Below are positions 18,482 to 29,164 of a stretch of 64,000 nucleotides of DNA, piece by piece (the stretch's first letter is position 1; each line of letters opens with the position of its first letter). Below the pieces are notes generated by a model, which saw only the letters and a list, made by a program, of their open reading frames with translations, was not told the origin of the DNA and did no database searches. Made by a program: the position numbers and the translations under genes. This stretch comes from Deltaproteobacteria bacterium (lineage in GTDB: Bacteria; Desulfobacterota; JADFVX01): positions 35,355-99,354 of the forward strand of contig JAOUBX010000007.1 of the NCBI GenBank assembly GCA_029860075.1, given 5' to 3'.

Positions 18482-19056
18482 TATTTTACCCCGAAAATAA
18501 TCTGGTCTACCAGATCGCAGATGGCGTGGCCTATGGTAATGTGGACCTCCTGTATTCTTGCCGTTGCTTCCGATTCCACATTAAGGAGAACGTCGACAGC
18601 TTCGGCTATCTTGCCGCCATTCTTGCCTGTAAAAGCGACGGTTTTCACTCCTGTGGCGCGGGCTGCTTCCAGGCCCTTGAGCACGTTTGGTGAATTGCCG
18701 CTCGTGCTTATTCCAATGGCTATGTCTCCCTTTCCTGCCAGAGCCTTTACCTGCTTGGAAAAGATTTCTGAAAAATCGTAATCATTACCGATGCTTGTAA
18801 TAATAGAACTGTCTGTCGTCAGGGCAATGGCCGGCAGTGGTGGCCTTTCTATGCGGAACCGGTTGACGAATTCGGCAGCCAGGTGCTGGGCGTCTGCCGC
18901 ACTTCCTCCATTGCCGAAAAGGAGCAGCTTGTTGCCGTTTTTGAATGCATGCGCAATGGAGACGGCCATATCAACAATTGCATTGACATTCTTTTCTGCA
19001 AAACTTTTCTTCAGTTCGGCGCTCTCTTCAAATATTGCTAAAACCTTGCCTTCCAT
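18481..19056 (-). CDS. gmhA: SIS-domain D-sedoheptulose-7-phosphate isomerase-like
   Basis: LLLFGNGGSAADAQHLAAEFVNRF...ALTTDSSIITSIGNDYDF...GISTSGNSPNV. It shares one nucleotide (18481) with the downstream DHS-like gene, whose start codon begins at this gene's last stop-codon base. Confidence 0.8.
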   Translation of the reverse strand: MEGKVLAIFEESAELKKSFAEKNVNAIVDMAVSIAHAFKNGNKLLLFGNGGSAADAQHLAAEFVNRFRIERPPLPAIALTTDSSIITSIGNDYDFSEIFSKQVKALAGKGDIAIGISTSGNSPNVLKGLEAARATGVKTVAFTGKNGGKIAEAVDVLLNVESEATARIQEVHITIGHAICDLVDQIIFGVK

Positions 19057-19196
19057 TATTATCTCCCTTTTTCAGGTTTTGCTGTTTTCTTGGTTGCGAA
19101 ACATTCAATAGTAAATCAGGTTTTCCGCAGTAAAATAACTTGCATTTTATAAGTCCCTAAACTATGATTAGTATCAAAAAAGACAAGGAGGAAATT

Positions 19197-19523
19197 ATGG
19201 GCGAAAATACCCTTACCCTTTCTGATGACGGTTTTGAGGCGGAGGTTCTCTCCTCCGATGTTCCTGTTCTTGTAGACTTCTGGGCTACCTGGTGCGGGCC
19301 ATGCAAGGCGATTGCACCGATTATTGAAGAGATAGCTACAGAGTACAGCGGCCAGGTAAAGGTAGGAAAGCTGAATGTGGATGAAAATCCAAAGACGCCG
19401 GGTAAATATGGTGTTAGAGGCATTCCGACCCTCATACTCTTCAAGGGTGGAGAAGTTGTCGACCAGGTTGTCGGCGCTGTTCCCAAGTCACAGCTTGATG
19501 AGCTTGTGAAAAAAGCCATTTAA
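19197..19523 (+). CDS. trxA: Thioredoxin
   Basis: WCGPC active site. The ATG at 19197 follows AAGGAGG. Confidence 0.9.
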   Translation: MGENTLTLSDDGFEAEVLSSDVPVLVDFWATWCGPCKAIAPIIEEIATEYSGQVKVGKLNVDENPKTPGKYGVRGIPTLILFKGGEVVDQVVGAVPKSQLDELVKKAI

Positions 19524-19539
19524 AGCGTTGCCATTTCCA

Positions 19540-19569
19540 AAAAGCCGGGCCATATGGCCCGGCTTTTTT
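19540..19569. terminator. Bidirectional terminator between convergent trxA and mreB
   Basis: 20-nt perfect palindrome gccgggccatatggcccggc, flanked by an A run on one side and a T run on the other. Confidence 0.8.
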
Positions 19570-19594
19570 ATTGGTCTATTTAAAAGTCAGGGGC

Positions 19595-20644
<1,050 letters not shown>

Positions 20645-20874
20645 TCAAACAGAGCGGATTTAAATCGGAAATGCTATCAGATAAAATATCCAAGATCAAG
20701 AGAAAACAGTTCCACCGTAGAAATAATACTTGTTTTTTAACCCCTCCCTGTTTTACTATGGGCGGTAATTTTTTCTGAAAAAATATAATCCCGGAAAGGG
20801 CGGTTGGATCATGGTTTCCGGCGCAATCGCTTCATTCCGGGATAATAACGATAAGTATAAAGGAGTGGTATTTC

Positions 20875-22770
20875 ATGTTAGGTTTAATGCGCAGACATTC
20901 ACGTTCAATTTTTATCAAACTAATCTATGTGGGGCTCATATTAAGCTTTGTTGTCTGGGGGATTGGTACTTACCAGAGCAGGGACAGCTTCATTGCAGCC
21001 AGGGTGGATGGTGAAGAAATCAGCATGTCGGAATACCAGCGGACCTTTGATAACATGCTCAACTCTTTAAAGGAGAATATGAAGGAAAACTTTAAGGAGG
21101 AGATGATCGAGGCCTTTAATCTCAAAAAGCAGGCAATGGACTCGCTTATTAACAACATCCTCCTCCGGAAGGAGGCAAAAAGGCTGAGCCTTCGCGCTGA
21201 GGATAACGAAATTCAGGGCAGGATAGACTCATACCCCGCTTTTCAGAAGGATGGCCGCTTTGATAAGGCAACTTACCGCCTGGTGCTCAAGAATAACCGG
21301 CTCAAACCTGCTGATTTTGAGGAAGAGCAGAGACGACTGATCCTCATGTGGAAAGCGGAAAGCGCCATAAAGAACAGCGCTGCAGTTACCGATGATGAGG
21401 TGCTAGCTTCGTTTGTGGAGCAAAAAGAGACGGTCAGCCTGGATTACATCAAGGTTTCTCCGGATAAATTCAAGGGCCGGGTTAAGCCTTCATCTGCCGA
21501 GGTGCAGGAATACTTTGCCGCCAATATGGGCGAATTTACTATCCCTGAAAGGGTAAAAATGGGCTATGCCCTTTTCAAGCCCGAAGATTTTGTCAAGAAG
21601 ATCAAGCTTACTCCCGAAGAATATGAGGACTATTATAACAGCTATATCGATGATTTTACTATTCCGGGAGAAGTTCGGGCGAGCCATATTCTGCTTAAGT
21701 TCAATGACAACCGTGAAGAGGCGAAAGCGAAAGCCGGGGAGTTGCTTGAAGGGATTAAAGGCGGGGAAGATTTTGCGGCGCTGGCTGCGGAGCATTCGGA
21801 AGATCCCTTATCTGCCGGCAAAGGCGGCGATCTGGGTTTCTTTGGTCCCGGGGATATGGTTAAGGACTTTGAAGAGGCCGCTTATGCCCTGGAGAAGGGC
21901 GCTGTTAGTGAGGTTGTGGAAAGTGTCTATGGTTATCATATTATAAAGGTAACCGATATTAAGGAGGAGAAGGTTACTCCTCTTGCCGAGGTTAAGGGGA
22001 AGATCAGGAAGGTGCTTGAATCAGAAATATCGAGGGAGCTTGCCGAGAGCATGGCCGAAGATATTTATTATGAAGCCCTGAGAGGGAAAAACCTGGAAGA
22101 ACTGGTCAAGGAAGAAAAGATTCCTTTCAAGACAACCGGTTTCTTTAATCTGGATAATATTCCCGCACAATTTGATCCTCTTAGAGAGGTTGTCTTGTCG
22201 GCCAATGCGGAAGCGCCGGGATGGGTGAGCAGACCCAGAGAGGCTGAGGGGAAGTTTTACATTCTTACCCTTATAAATAAAGAAGCGCCGAGAGAGCCCA
22301 GGCTCGAGGAAGTAAAAGCCGCCGTCACGGCGGCGGTAAAAGAGAAAAAGGCAAGAGAGGTGGCCGCTGCCCTGGGAGAAAAGCTCCTGGAAGGGATCAA
22401 AAAAGGGTTAGACCTTAAAAAGACCGCTTCAAATAACGGTCTGAAACTGGAATCGACAGATCATTTCAGCAGGGTAGCCCATTCCATCCCGGGAATTGGC
22501 GTGTCGCAGGAAATAGTAGTGGATGTGTTTCAGTTGAGCAGTGAAAAGTCCATTTCTGAAAAAACCTACAACGTTGGAAACAATATTTTTGTTGTGGGCC
22601 TTAAAGAGAAGAAGGATGCTGATCCCGCGGAATATGAAAAAGAGAGAGAGAGCTTTCGTTCCAGACTTCTTGAGCAGAGAAGAGACGAGGTATTCAGGCG
22701 CTGGCTCGATGAGGCGAGGAAAAATGCCGACATCATTTATAACGAAGATTTGGCAGACCTGAAAGGGTAA
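20875..22770 (+). CDS. ppiD: Periplasmic chaperone/peptidyl-prolyl isomerase PpiD-like
   Basis: N-terminal TM anchor, SurA_N-like region and a parvulin domain (VRASHILL...GGDLGFFGPGDMVKDFEEA...YGYHIIKV). Confidence 0.75.
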   Translation: MLGLMRRHSRSIFIKLIYVGLILSFVVWGIGTYQSRDSFIAARVDGEEISMSEYQRTFDNMLNSLKENMKENFKEEMIEAFNLKKQAMDSLINNILLRKEAKRLSLRAEDNEIQGRIDSYPAFQKDGRFDKATYRLVLKNNRLKPADFEEEQRRLILMWKAESAIKNSAAVTDDEVLASFVEQKETVSLDYIKVSPDKFKGRVKPSSAEVQEYFAANMGEFTIPERVKMGYALFKPEDFVKKIKLTPEEYEDYYNSYIDDFTIPGEVRASHILLKFNDNREEAKAKAGELLEGIKGGEDFAALAAEHSEDPLSAGKGGDLGFFGPGDMVKDFEEAAYALEKGAVSEVVESVYGYHIIKVTDIKEEKVTPLAEVKGKIRKVLESEISRELAESMAEDIYYEALRGKNLEELVKEEKIPFKTTGFFNLDNIPAQFDPLREVVLSANAEAPGWVSRPREAEGKFYILTLINKEAPREPRLEEVKAAVTAAVKEKKAREVAAALGEKLLEGIKKGLDLKKTASNNGLKLESTDHFSRVAHSIPGIGVSQEIVVDVFQLSSEKSISEKTYNVGNNIFVVGLKEKKDADPAEYEKERESFRSRLLEQRRDEVFRRWLDEARKNADIIYNEDLADLKG

Positions 22771-22876
22771 GGTGAATCGGGAAGCTTAATCTCTGTTAAA
22801 GAGGGATTTTAATCGGGAAAGGCCGTGAAACCGATGAATTACACTATAAATATATGCCCCCTTGCTGTTTCCGGGC

Positions 22877-23791
22877 TTAAAAACCTCTCTTTTTGTTTAT
22901 GGCCCTGACCATGCTGTAGAGGGTGTCGTTTACCGGTGTTTCTCTTTTGAGTTCTTTTCCCCTTTTTGATACTGCGCCATTTAACGCTTCTATCTCCATT
23001 CGCCGGCCCTTTTCCATGTCCATGAGCATGGAAGTCTTTATCTCACCCTGTTTTTCCGTGTGGGCAATTGTTTTTTGGGGAAGGTCACGGGAAACGGCAA
23101 TGCCGAGGCCCTGTGCCAGGTCAACAACTTCTTCCATCGCTTTTTGGACAACCTCTCTTGTCGACTTGTCTGACAGTATATTACTGACGGCGCATCCCGT
23201 CAGGGCGGTAATGGCATTAAAACCGCAGTTCCATACCATTTTCTGCCACATTACCTTTTTGATGTCCTCTGAAAGTCTTGCCTCTATGCCGCAGGACTGG
23301 AATGTCCGGCAGACCTTTTCTCCTCTTTCAGAGAGGCCGCCCTCGATTTCGCCGAAGGTTATGCTCCCGGCAGCGCTGTGAACGATGAGTCCAGGCTCTT
23401 CCATGCGGGAGCCTATGAAGGCAACGCCTGCCATCACCTTTTCCATGCCCAGAATTTGTCCCAGCTGCTCTTCATTATCTACACCGTTTTGGAGGGAAAT
23501 AATTATTGTTTCAGTTCCAACCATGGGTGCAATGAACTGAGCCACCTCCTTTGTGTCGAAGGACTTGACACAGAAAAGGATAAGGTCACAAATTCCTGTT
23601 TCGGAAGGATTGTCGCCCGCCTTGACGTTAATATGAAAATCACCCTTATAGCTTTTTACCCTGAGACCCTCTGTTTTTAAAGCTTCCAGGTGTTTTCCCC
23701 TGCCGAGAAAGGTAACATCCATACCTCCACGGGCAAGCAGACCTCCATAGTAAGCGCCTACACCGCCGGGGCCTGCCACTGCAATTTTCAT
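22877..23791 (-). CDS. panE: 2-dehydropantoate 2-reductase (ApbA/PanE family)
   Basis: MKIAVAGPGGVGAYYGG Rossmann N-terminus and a family-typical C-terminus (MLMDMEKGRRMEIEALNG). The ATG at 23791 follows an AAGGAAGGGAG-type SD. Confidence 0.8.
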   Translation of the reverse strand: MKIAVAGPGGVGAYYGGLLARGGMDVTFLGRGKHLEALKTEGLRVKSYKGDFHINVKAGDNPSETGICDLILFCVKSFDTKEVAQFIAPMVGTETIIISLQNGVDNEEQLGQILGMEKVMAGVAFIGSRMEEPGLIVHSAAGSITFGEIEGGLSERGEKVCRTFQSCGIEARLSEDIKKVMWQKMVWNCGFNAITALTGCAVSNILSDKSTREVVQKAMEEVVDLAQGLGIAVSRDLPQKTIAHTEKQGEIKTSMLMDMEKGRRMEIEALNGAVSKRGKELKRETPVNDTLYSMVRAINKKRGF

Positions 23792-23919
23792 TGTTTGACT
23801 CCCTTCCTTATTACCCATTTTTATGGAGGGTAAATTATAACCTTGTTCTCCCTTTTGTCAATACCGTAAGAGACCGGCTTTTTTGCCTGATGCGAGGGTG
23901 TTCGGGGGCTAGAATCTTC

Positions 23920-23948
23920 TTGACAGTAAGGGGATTTATTACTACTAT
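23920..23948 (+). promoter_or_regulatory. Near-consensus sigma70-type promoter
   Basis: TTGACA (23920-23925), a 17-nt spacer, then TACTAT (23943-23948). It sits immediately upstream of the long stem-loop element. Confidence 0.55.
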
Positions 23949-23955
23949 TTCGGTG

Positions 23956-24113
23956 GAGGTTAGTACTCCTTCAAGGTGATAAATTGGGGCTCAGAGCTTC
24001 ACAAGTCAGTCAAGGCAAGGCGCGGTCCGATGAGAATGGTTTGCCCTTTTCAAGGACTGCAACGCAGCATTGGCCAACTGAACTCTAATTTATCACCTTG
24101 AATGAGTACTAGG
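23956..24113 (+). ncRNA. Candidate structured RNA (6S-like rod or structured pgpA leader)
   Basis: 23961-23985 pairs with 24087-24111, giving 24 of 25 bp. Further imperfect helices lie inside (23992-24000/24079-24086, cagtc/gactg, aaggcaa/ttgccctt). The 3' arm covers the pgpA ATG at 24102. Confidence 0.3.
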
Positions 24114-24593
24114 CAAATCAAAGAGAAAACATTCTCCGATCATGTTGTTCTTTTTATTGCAACGGGAGGGTATAGCGGTTACTTTCCCTTTGCCCCCGGG
24201 ACGGCAGGGACGGTTGCCGCCATTCCTGTTTACCTCCTCTTTGCCATGCCCGGTCACATCCTTTACCTGCTCCTTTTCGCAATACTTCTTCCTCTGTCAT
24301 TCTGGGCCTCGGGCCGTGCCGAGAAGATTTTCGGAGCAAAAGACAGCGGCATGATCGTTATTGATGAAATTGCCGGTTATCTTGTGACCATGTTTATGGT
24401 CCCTGCGGGGTGGCAGTATGTGGTTGCCGGTTTTTTTCTTTTCCGGTTCTTTGATATCAGTAAAATTTACCCCGCCGGGTCCATGGAAAAGATCGGCGGT
24501 GGTGTGGGTGTTGTTATGGATGATATCGTTGCCGGTGTTTACGCCAACCTCTCCCTTTGGTTGCTTATCTATGTGGGTGCTCTCCCGTGGTAG
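24102..24593 (+). CDS. pgpA: Phosphatidylglycerophosphatase A
   Basis: ATGGYSGYFPFAPGTAGTVAAIP...IDEIAG...FR.FDI.K motifs are typical of PgpA. No clear SD precedes the ATG. Confidence 0.8.
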   Translation: MSTRQIKEKTFSDHVVLFIATGGYSGYFPFAPGTAGTVAAIPVYLLFAMPGHILYLLLFAILLPLSFWASGRAEKIFGAKDSGMIVIDEIAGYLVTMFMVPAGWQYVVAGFFLFRFFDISKIYPAGSMEKIGGGVGVVMDDIVAGVYANLSLWLLIYVGALPW

Positions 24594-25849
24594 ACAAGCG
24601 AAAGGTGGCGCCTTCAGCTGAGGTTATCGTTGTGGGAAATAACCTTGTTTTAAACCATCTCGGTGATGCGGCCAGGAAATATGTTGCATCGGGGCTGGTC
24701 AAGGCAGGGTTCAGGGTAGAAAGGTTCTCTCTCATCGGGGATGATGAAAAGGCCCTGGAAGAATTGCTGTCAAAGGGCCTTGAAACTCCTGATGCCGATG
24801 TTCTTATTGTTGTGGGAGGTATTGGGAAGGAGTCTGGCGACATTGCCTCCAGGGCTGCCGCCAGGGTGACGGGAAGGAGGCTGGTCGTTTCCAACGATAT
24901 TCTGGGGCATATGAGGTCGGCACTTGAATCAAGAGGGAGAGAGATGTCTCCTTCCGATGAAAGGCTTGCCCTTATTCCGCAAAAAGCGCAGGTACTGAAA
25001 AATCCGGTAGGCCCTGTTTGTGGATTTATGCTGAAAGAGGGCAGGAAAAAACTTTTTTTTATTCCCGGCAGGTCCGGTTATATTCAGGCTATTTCATCGG
25101 AAAGTCTCTTTCCTCTTTTAGCTGAAGAGGCTCCCGGTAAGGGGCTTGCCTTTAACCGCCTCTTTCATACTTTCGGCCTTAAAGAAGAGAGAATGAAGGC
25201 GCTCCTTGCCCAGGCAATACCGCCTGTTGAGGGTGTGGAGATCACTTATAGCCATGCTCTTGAAGAGACGGCCGTCAGCCTTTCTGCCACAGGGGCAAAG
25301 GGAGAGAAGAGGCTGGAGAAGCTGACGTCCATCGTGAGAGAATCGCTCGGTGACTGGATCTTTGCAGAAGAAGGCGGAACGATGGAAGAGACGGTGGGAA
25401 ACCTGCTCAGGCTTAAAAGGGCGAGCCTCGCGACGGCAGAGTCCTGTACCGGTGGAGGAATCGGGAACCGCATTACCAACGTATCGGGCAGTTCCGACTA
25501 TTTCGAGATGGGTGTTATTGCTTATTCAAATGAGGCAAAAACCAAACTTCTCGGTCTTCAGCCTTCCCTTATTGAAAAGAAGGGCGCCGTCAGTTCGGAA
25601 GTTGCCCTTCTCATGGCGCAGGGAGTGCGCCGGCTCGGCAGGGCGACCTTCGGGCTTGCCGTCACAGGTCTTGCCGGGCCACGGGGCGGAAACAGGAAAA
25701 AACCGGTAGGGACCGTTTTTATTGCTTTTGCATGGGAAGAGGGGAGTTGTTTCGAAAAGTATAATTTTGAGGGAAGCAGGGAAGAAATTAAAAAACTGAC
25801 TTCCCAGGCGGCCCTCGATTTTTTGAGAAGAGAACTTGTAAAGCGATAG
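24587..25849 (+). CDS. cinA: CinA-family protein (MoCF-binding domain plus nicotinamide-nucleotide amidohydrolase PncC domain)
   Basis: The N-terminus is MoaB/CinA-like and the C-terminus is PncC-like (ATAESCTGGGIGNRITNVSGSSDYF...GLAGP). The start is uncertain: GTG at 24587 or 24605, or ATG at 24557. Confidence 0.75.
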   Translation: MVDKRKVAPSAEVIVVGNNLVLNHLGDAARKYVASGLVKAGFRVERFSLIGDDEKALEELLSKGLETPDADVLIVVGGIGKESGDIASRAAARVTGRRLVVSNDILGHMRSALESRGREMSPSDERLALIPQKAQVLKNPVGPVCGFMLKEGRKKLFFIPGRSGYIQAISSESLFPLLAEEAPGKGLAFNRLFHTFGLKEERMKALLAQAIPPVEGVEITYSHALEETAVSLSATGAKGEKRLEKLTSIVRESLGDWIFAEEGGTMEETVGNLLRLKRASLATAESCTGGGIGNRITNVSGSSDYFEMGVIAYSNEAKTKLLGLQPSLIEKKGAVSSEVALLMAQGVRRLGRATFGLAVTGLAGPRGGNRKKPVGTVFIAFAWEEGSCFEKYNFEGSREEIKKLTSQAALDFLRRELVKR

Positions 25850-25861
25850 CAGGTCTTGCCT

Positions 25862-26452
25862 ATGAAAAGGAAGGAAGAAGATGAGATCAGGAGTTTTATT
25901 GCCCTCGATCTTTCACCCTCGAACCTTCTGGGCATAAAAAGACTTCAGGAAGGGTTGAAGCAAAGATCAGCAGGTGTAAGATGGTTAAAGACCGAGTCTA
26001 TTCATCTTACGCTCAAGTTTTTGGGGAATATAAATGAGGAAAAAGTGGAGGCCCTCTGTGCTGCGCTAGGCGCTTTACGTGAAAGCCATAGCTTTTTTCA
26101 TCTTTCACCTTCCCGGGTAGGCGCATTTCCCCGGCTTGACCGACCAAGGGTAATCTGGCTCGGTGTGGAAGGGGACCTTGACGCGCTCCATAGTCTCTGG
26201 CGGGACGTGGAAGCCGGCTGTTTTATGGCCGGTTTTGAGAAAGAGAAGCGGCCCTTTTCGCCCCACCTGACGCTGGGGCGGGTGAAGGATTTTAAGAAGG
26301 CGGCGGGCCTTGACAAGGCTTTGGAAGGAATGGGCTCCTTTGCTTTTGAACCTTTCAGAATTGATGCAGTTCATCTTTACAGGAGTGAATTAAGGCCTGA
26401 GGGCGCTCACTATACAAAAATAAAATCTTTTCCCCTCAAGGGGGGAGAGTAA
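25862..26452 (+). CDS. thpR: RNA 2',3'-cyclic phosphodiesterase (2H family, ThpR/LigT)
   Basis: Two H-x-T-x motifs are present: HLTLKFLG and HLTLGRV. Confidence 0.8.
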   Translation: MKRKEEDEIRSFIALDLSPSNLLGIKRLQEGLKQRSAGVRWLKTESIHLTLKFLGNINEEKVEALCAALGALRESHSFFHLSPSRVGAFPRLDRPRVIWLGVEGDLDALHSLWRDVEAGCFMAGFEKEKRPFSPHLTLGRVKDFKKAAGLDKALEGMGSFAFEPFRIDAVHLYRSELRPEGAHYTKIKSFPLKGGE

Positions 26453-26465
26453 GAGGAGGATAAAA

Positions 26466-27485
26466 ATGTGTGCTGATGCAAACAGGGAAAAAGCGATAGA
26501 ACTGGCCCTCGGTCAGATAGAGAGACAGTTTGGTAAAGGTTCCATTATGAGAATGGGTGGGGAATCTTTATATAACGATATCCAGACCATTTCTACGGGT
26601 TCCATCGGGCTTGACGTAGCCCTTGGCGTGGGCGGGGTGCCGACAGGAAGGGTCATAGAAATTTACGGACCTGAATCTTCAGGGAAAACGACACTGGCCC
26701 TGCATATTGCGGCAGAGGCCCAGAAAAAAGGTGGCATTGTGGCCTTTGTCGATGCCGAACATGCTCTCGATATTTCTTATGCAAAAAGGCTTGGTGTTAA
26801 GGCGGAAGACCTGCTCATTTCCCAGCCTGATACGGGGGAGCAGGCCCTTGAAATCGCTGAAATGCTCGTACGGAGCGGCGCTGTCGATGTGCTCGTTGTC
26901 GATTCGGTGGCGGCCCTTGTGCCACGGGCGGAGATTGAGGGTGAAATGGGAGATTCACACATGGGACTTCAGGCCAGGCTCATGTCGCAGGCGCTCAGAA
27001 AACTGACGGCCACCATCAGCAAGTCAGGAACGGTCCTTATCTTTATTAACCAGATCAGGATGAAGATCGGCGTTATGTTCGGCAATCCCGAAACGACGAC
27101 AGGCGGTAATGCCCTCAAATTCTATTCCTCCATCAGGCTTGATATCAGGAAGGCGGGCGCCATCAAGCAGGGGCAGGATAATATCGGCAGCCAGACCAAG
27201 GTGAAGGTTGTCAAAAACAAGGTAGCTCCTCCCTTTAAGGAAGTTATCTTTGATATAATGTATGGTGAAGGCATATCGAAAGAGGGTGAACTTGTCGATA
27301 TCGGCGCTGAAATCGGGGCTGTTGAAAAGAGCGGTGCCTGGTACTCTTTCGGCAGTGAACGTATTGGACAGGGGAGAGAAAATGCCAAGTCCTACTTCAG
27401 AGACAATCCTGAGGCGGCATTGAAGCTGGAAGAGCAGATTCTCAATCATTATGGCCTGAGCAGGGAAGAGACGGCAGAGGCATAG
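26466..27485 (+). CDS. recA: Recombinase RecA
   Basis: Canonical RecA sequence ([60 protein letters not shown]). Confidence 0.95.
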   Translation: MCADANREKAIELALGQIERQFGKGSIMRMGGESLYNDIQTISTGSIGLDVALGVGGVPTGRVIEIYGPESSGKTTLALHIAAEAQKKGGIVAFVDAEHALDISYAKRLGVKAEDLLISQPDTGEQALEIAEMLVRSGAVDVLVVDSVAALVPRAEIEGEMGDSHMGLQARLMSQALRKLTATISKSGTVLIFINQIRMKIGVMFGNPETTTGGNALKFYSSIRLDIRKAGAIKQGQDNIGSQTKVKVVKNKVAPPFKEVIFDIMYGEGISKEGELVDIGAEIGAVEKSGAWYSFGSERIGQGRENAKSYFRDNPEAALKLEEQILNHYGLSREETAEA

Positions 27486-27540
27486 CCTCATTGTTTATTG
27501 ACGCATAGCCTGGTTGCCTGTTAACTGACGAGGTGAAACA

Positions 27541-28698
27541 ATGGAACTTGATGAAATATTAAAAGTGGGCGCCCAAAAAGGGGCTTCCGATGTTCATCTG
27601 AAAGTGGGACTTCCTCCTATCTTCAGGATTGATTCCGTCCTTTATCCTGTTAAAAACCTTCCCCGTTTCACAGCTGAATCACTTTCAGACATGATCTTTT
27701 CCATTATGACGGAATCCCAGAAGAAGAACTTCAGGAATGCCCATGAAATAGACCTCTCCTATGGTGTTAAGGGGCTGGGCAGATTCAGGGTTAATGTGTT
27801 CCAGCAACGAGGCACCCTTGGCGCTGTTTTGAGAATCATTCCCATGAATGTTAAATCCCCTGAAGAGCTTCATCTTCCCAAGGTTATTGAAAGGTTGGCT
27901 GAACAGCGGCGAGGCCTGATCCTTGTTACAGGGACGACGGGGAGTGGAAAATCGACGACCCTTGCATCCATGATCGATTACATCAATTCATCCCGTACGG
28001 CCCATATCATTACCATAGAGGACCCTGTCGAATTCCTTCACCGCGATAAGAAGAGCGTTATTACCCAGCGTGAAGTCGGTTTTGATACGCTCGATTTTTC
28101 AGGGGCCCTGAGAAGTTCACTGAGGCAGGACCCCGATGTCATCCTTGTGGGAGAGATGCGTGACGTGGAGACCATAGAGATAGCCATTACGGCAGCCGAG
28201 ACGGGTCATCTTGTTCTCTCAACCCTTCATACCCTTGATGCCAAGGAGACCATTAACAGGATTGTTTCCGTATTTCCACCCCATACCCAGCACCAGGTAA
28301 GGCTCGCCCTGTCAGGGGTGCTCAAGGGGGTTATTTCCCAGCGTCTCGTCGTCAGAGCCGACGGCAAAGGACGTGTGCCTGCCGTGGAGGTGCTGGTAAG
28401 CACATCGAGAATCAGGGAGTGCATTGCCGAAGAAGAAAAACTCAAGGAGATTCCCGATGCTATTGCGGCAGGGCATACCATGTATGGAATGCAGACTTTT
28501 GACCAGTCGCTTATGGGACTTCTAAAAAAGAATTTCATTACCTATGATGATGCCATGAAAAATGCCACTAACCCTGATGACTTTGCCCTCAAAATGCAGG
28601 GTGTCTCTTCTTCGAGCGACAGCCAGTGGAGTGATTTTGAGAAAGAAAAGGAAAAAAAACCGGAAAAGGGAGATGACATCGATATCGAACGCTTCTGA
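27541..28698 (+). CDS. pilT: Type IV pilus retraction ATPase PilT
   Basis: GASDVHL, Walker A GTTGSGKSTT, Asp box, Walker B ILVGEMRD, and the TGHLVLSTLHT His box. Confidence 0.85.
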   Translation: MELDEILKVGAQKGASDVHLKVGLPPIFRIDSVLYPVKNLPRFTAESLSDMIFSIMTESQKKNFRNAHEIDLSYGVKGLGRFRVNVFQQRGTLGAVLRIIPMNVKSPEELHLPKVIERLAEQRRGLILVTGTTGSGKSTTLASMIDYINSSRTAHIITIEDPVEFLHRDKKSVITQREVGFDTLDFSGALRSSLRQDPDVILVGEMRDVETIEIAITAAETGHLVLSTLHTLDAKETINRIVSVFPPHTQHQVRLALSGVLKGVISQRLVVRADGKGRVPAVEVLVSTSRIRECIAEEEKLKEIPDAIAAGHTMYGMQTFDQSLMGLLKKNFITYDDAMKNATNPDDFALKMQGVSSSSDSQWSDFEKEKEKKPEKGDDIDIERF

Positions 28699-29164
28699 GG
28701 GTGAAAGGGCAAGGAATACTGCCTGCAGATTTCTTTCCTATTGTGCAAGAAGTACCTTTCAAGTAGAAAAAAAGCTGAAAGAGAGAGGTTTTGCTGAAGA
28801 GGTTGTCAGTGAAACCATTGACAGGTTAAAGGAACTCGGCTTTCTTGATGATGCCTCCTTTGCAGAGAGCTTTGCCAGGGATCTGGCCCTGGTTAAGGGT
28901 TTTGGACGGTTCCAGATAGAGAAAAGGCTTAAAGATAAAGGTATTGAAGGGGAAGCGCTGACCCGGGCCATTGAGAGGGTTTTTTCTGAAATAGATGAAT
29001 TTGAAGCTGCCCGAAGGCTTGCTTTGAAAAAAACAAAAGGACACTTAAATTCTGTCCGGGATAAGGCGAAAATAGGAAGGTACCTTTATGGCAGGGGCTA
29101 TTCGTGGGATATTATAACTGAAATATTGAAGGGATTAGATGACCGGAAAAGAGATCAGGAATAG
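28673..29164 (+). CDS. recX: RecA regulator RecX
   Basis: RecX-like helical repeats (CRFLSYCARSTFQVEKKLKERGF..EEVVSETIDRLKELGFLDDASFAESFAR). The ATG at 28673 follows GGGAG. It overlaps both pilT and alaS by 26 nt. Confidence 0.75.
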   Translation: MTSISNASEGERARNTACRFLSYCARSTFQVEKKLKERGFAEEVVSETIDRLKELGFLDDASFAESFARDLALVKGFGRFQIEKRLKDKGIEGEALTRAIERVFSEIDEFEAARRLALKKTKGHLNSVRDKAKIGRYLYGRGYSWDIITEILKGLDDRKRDQE

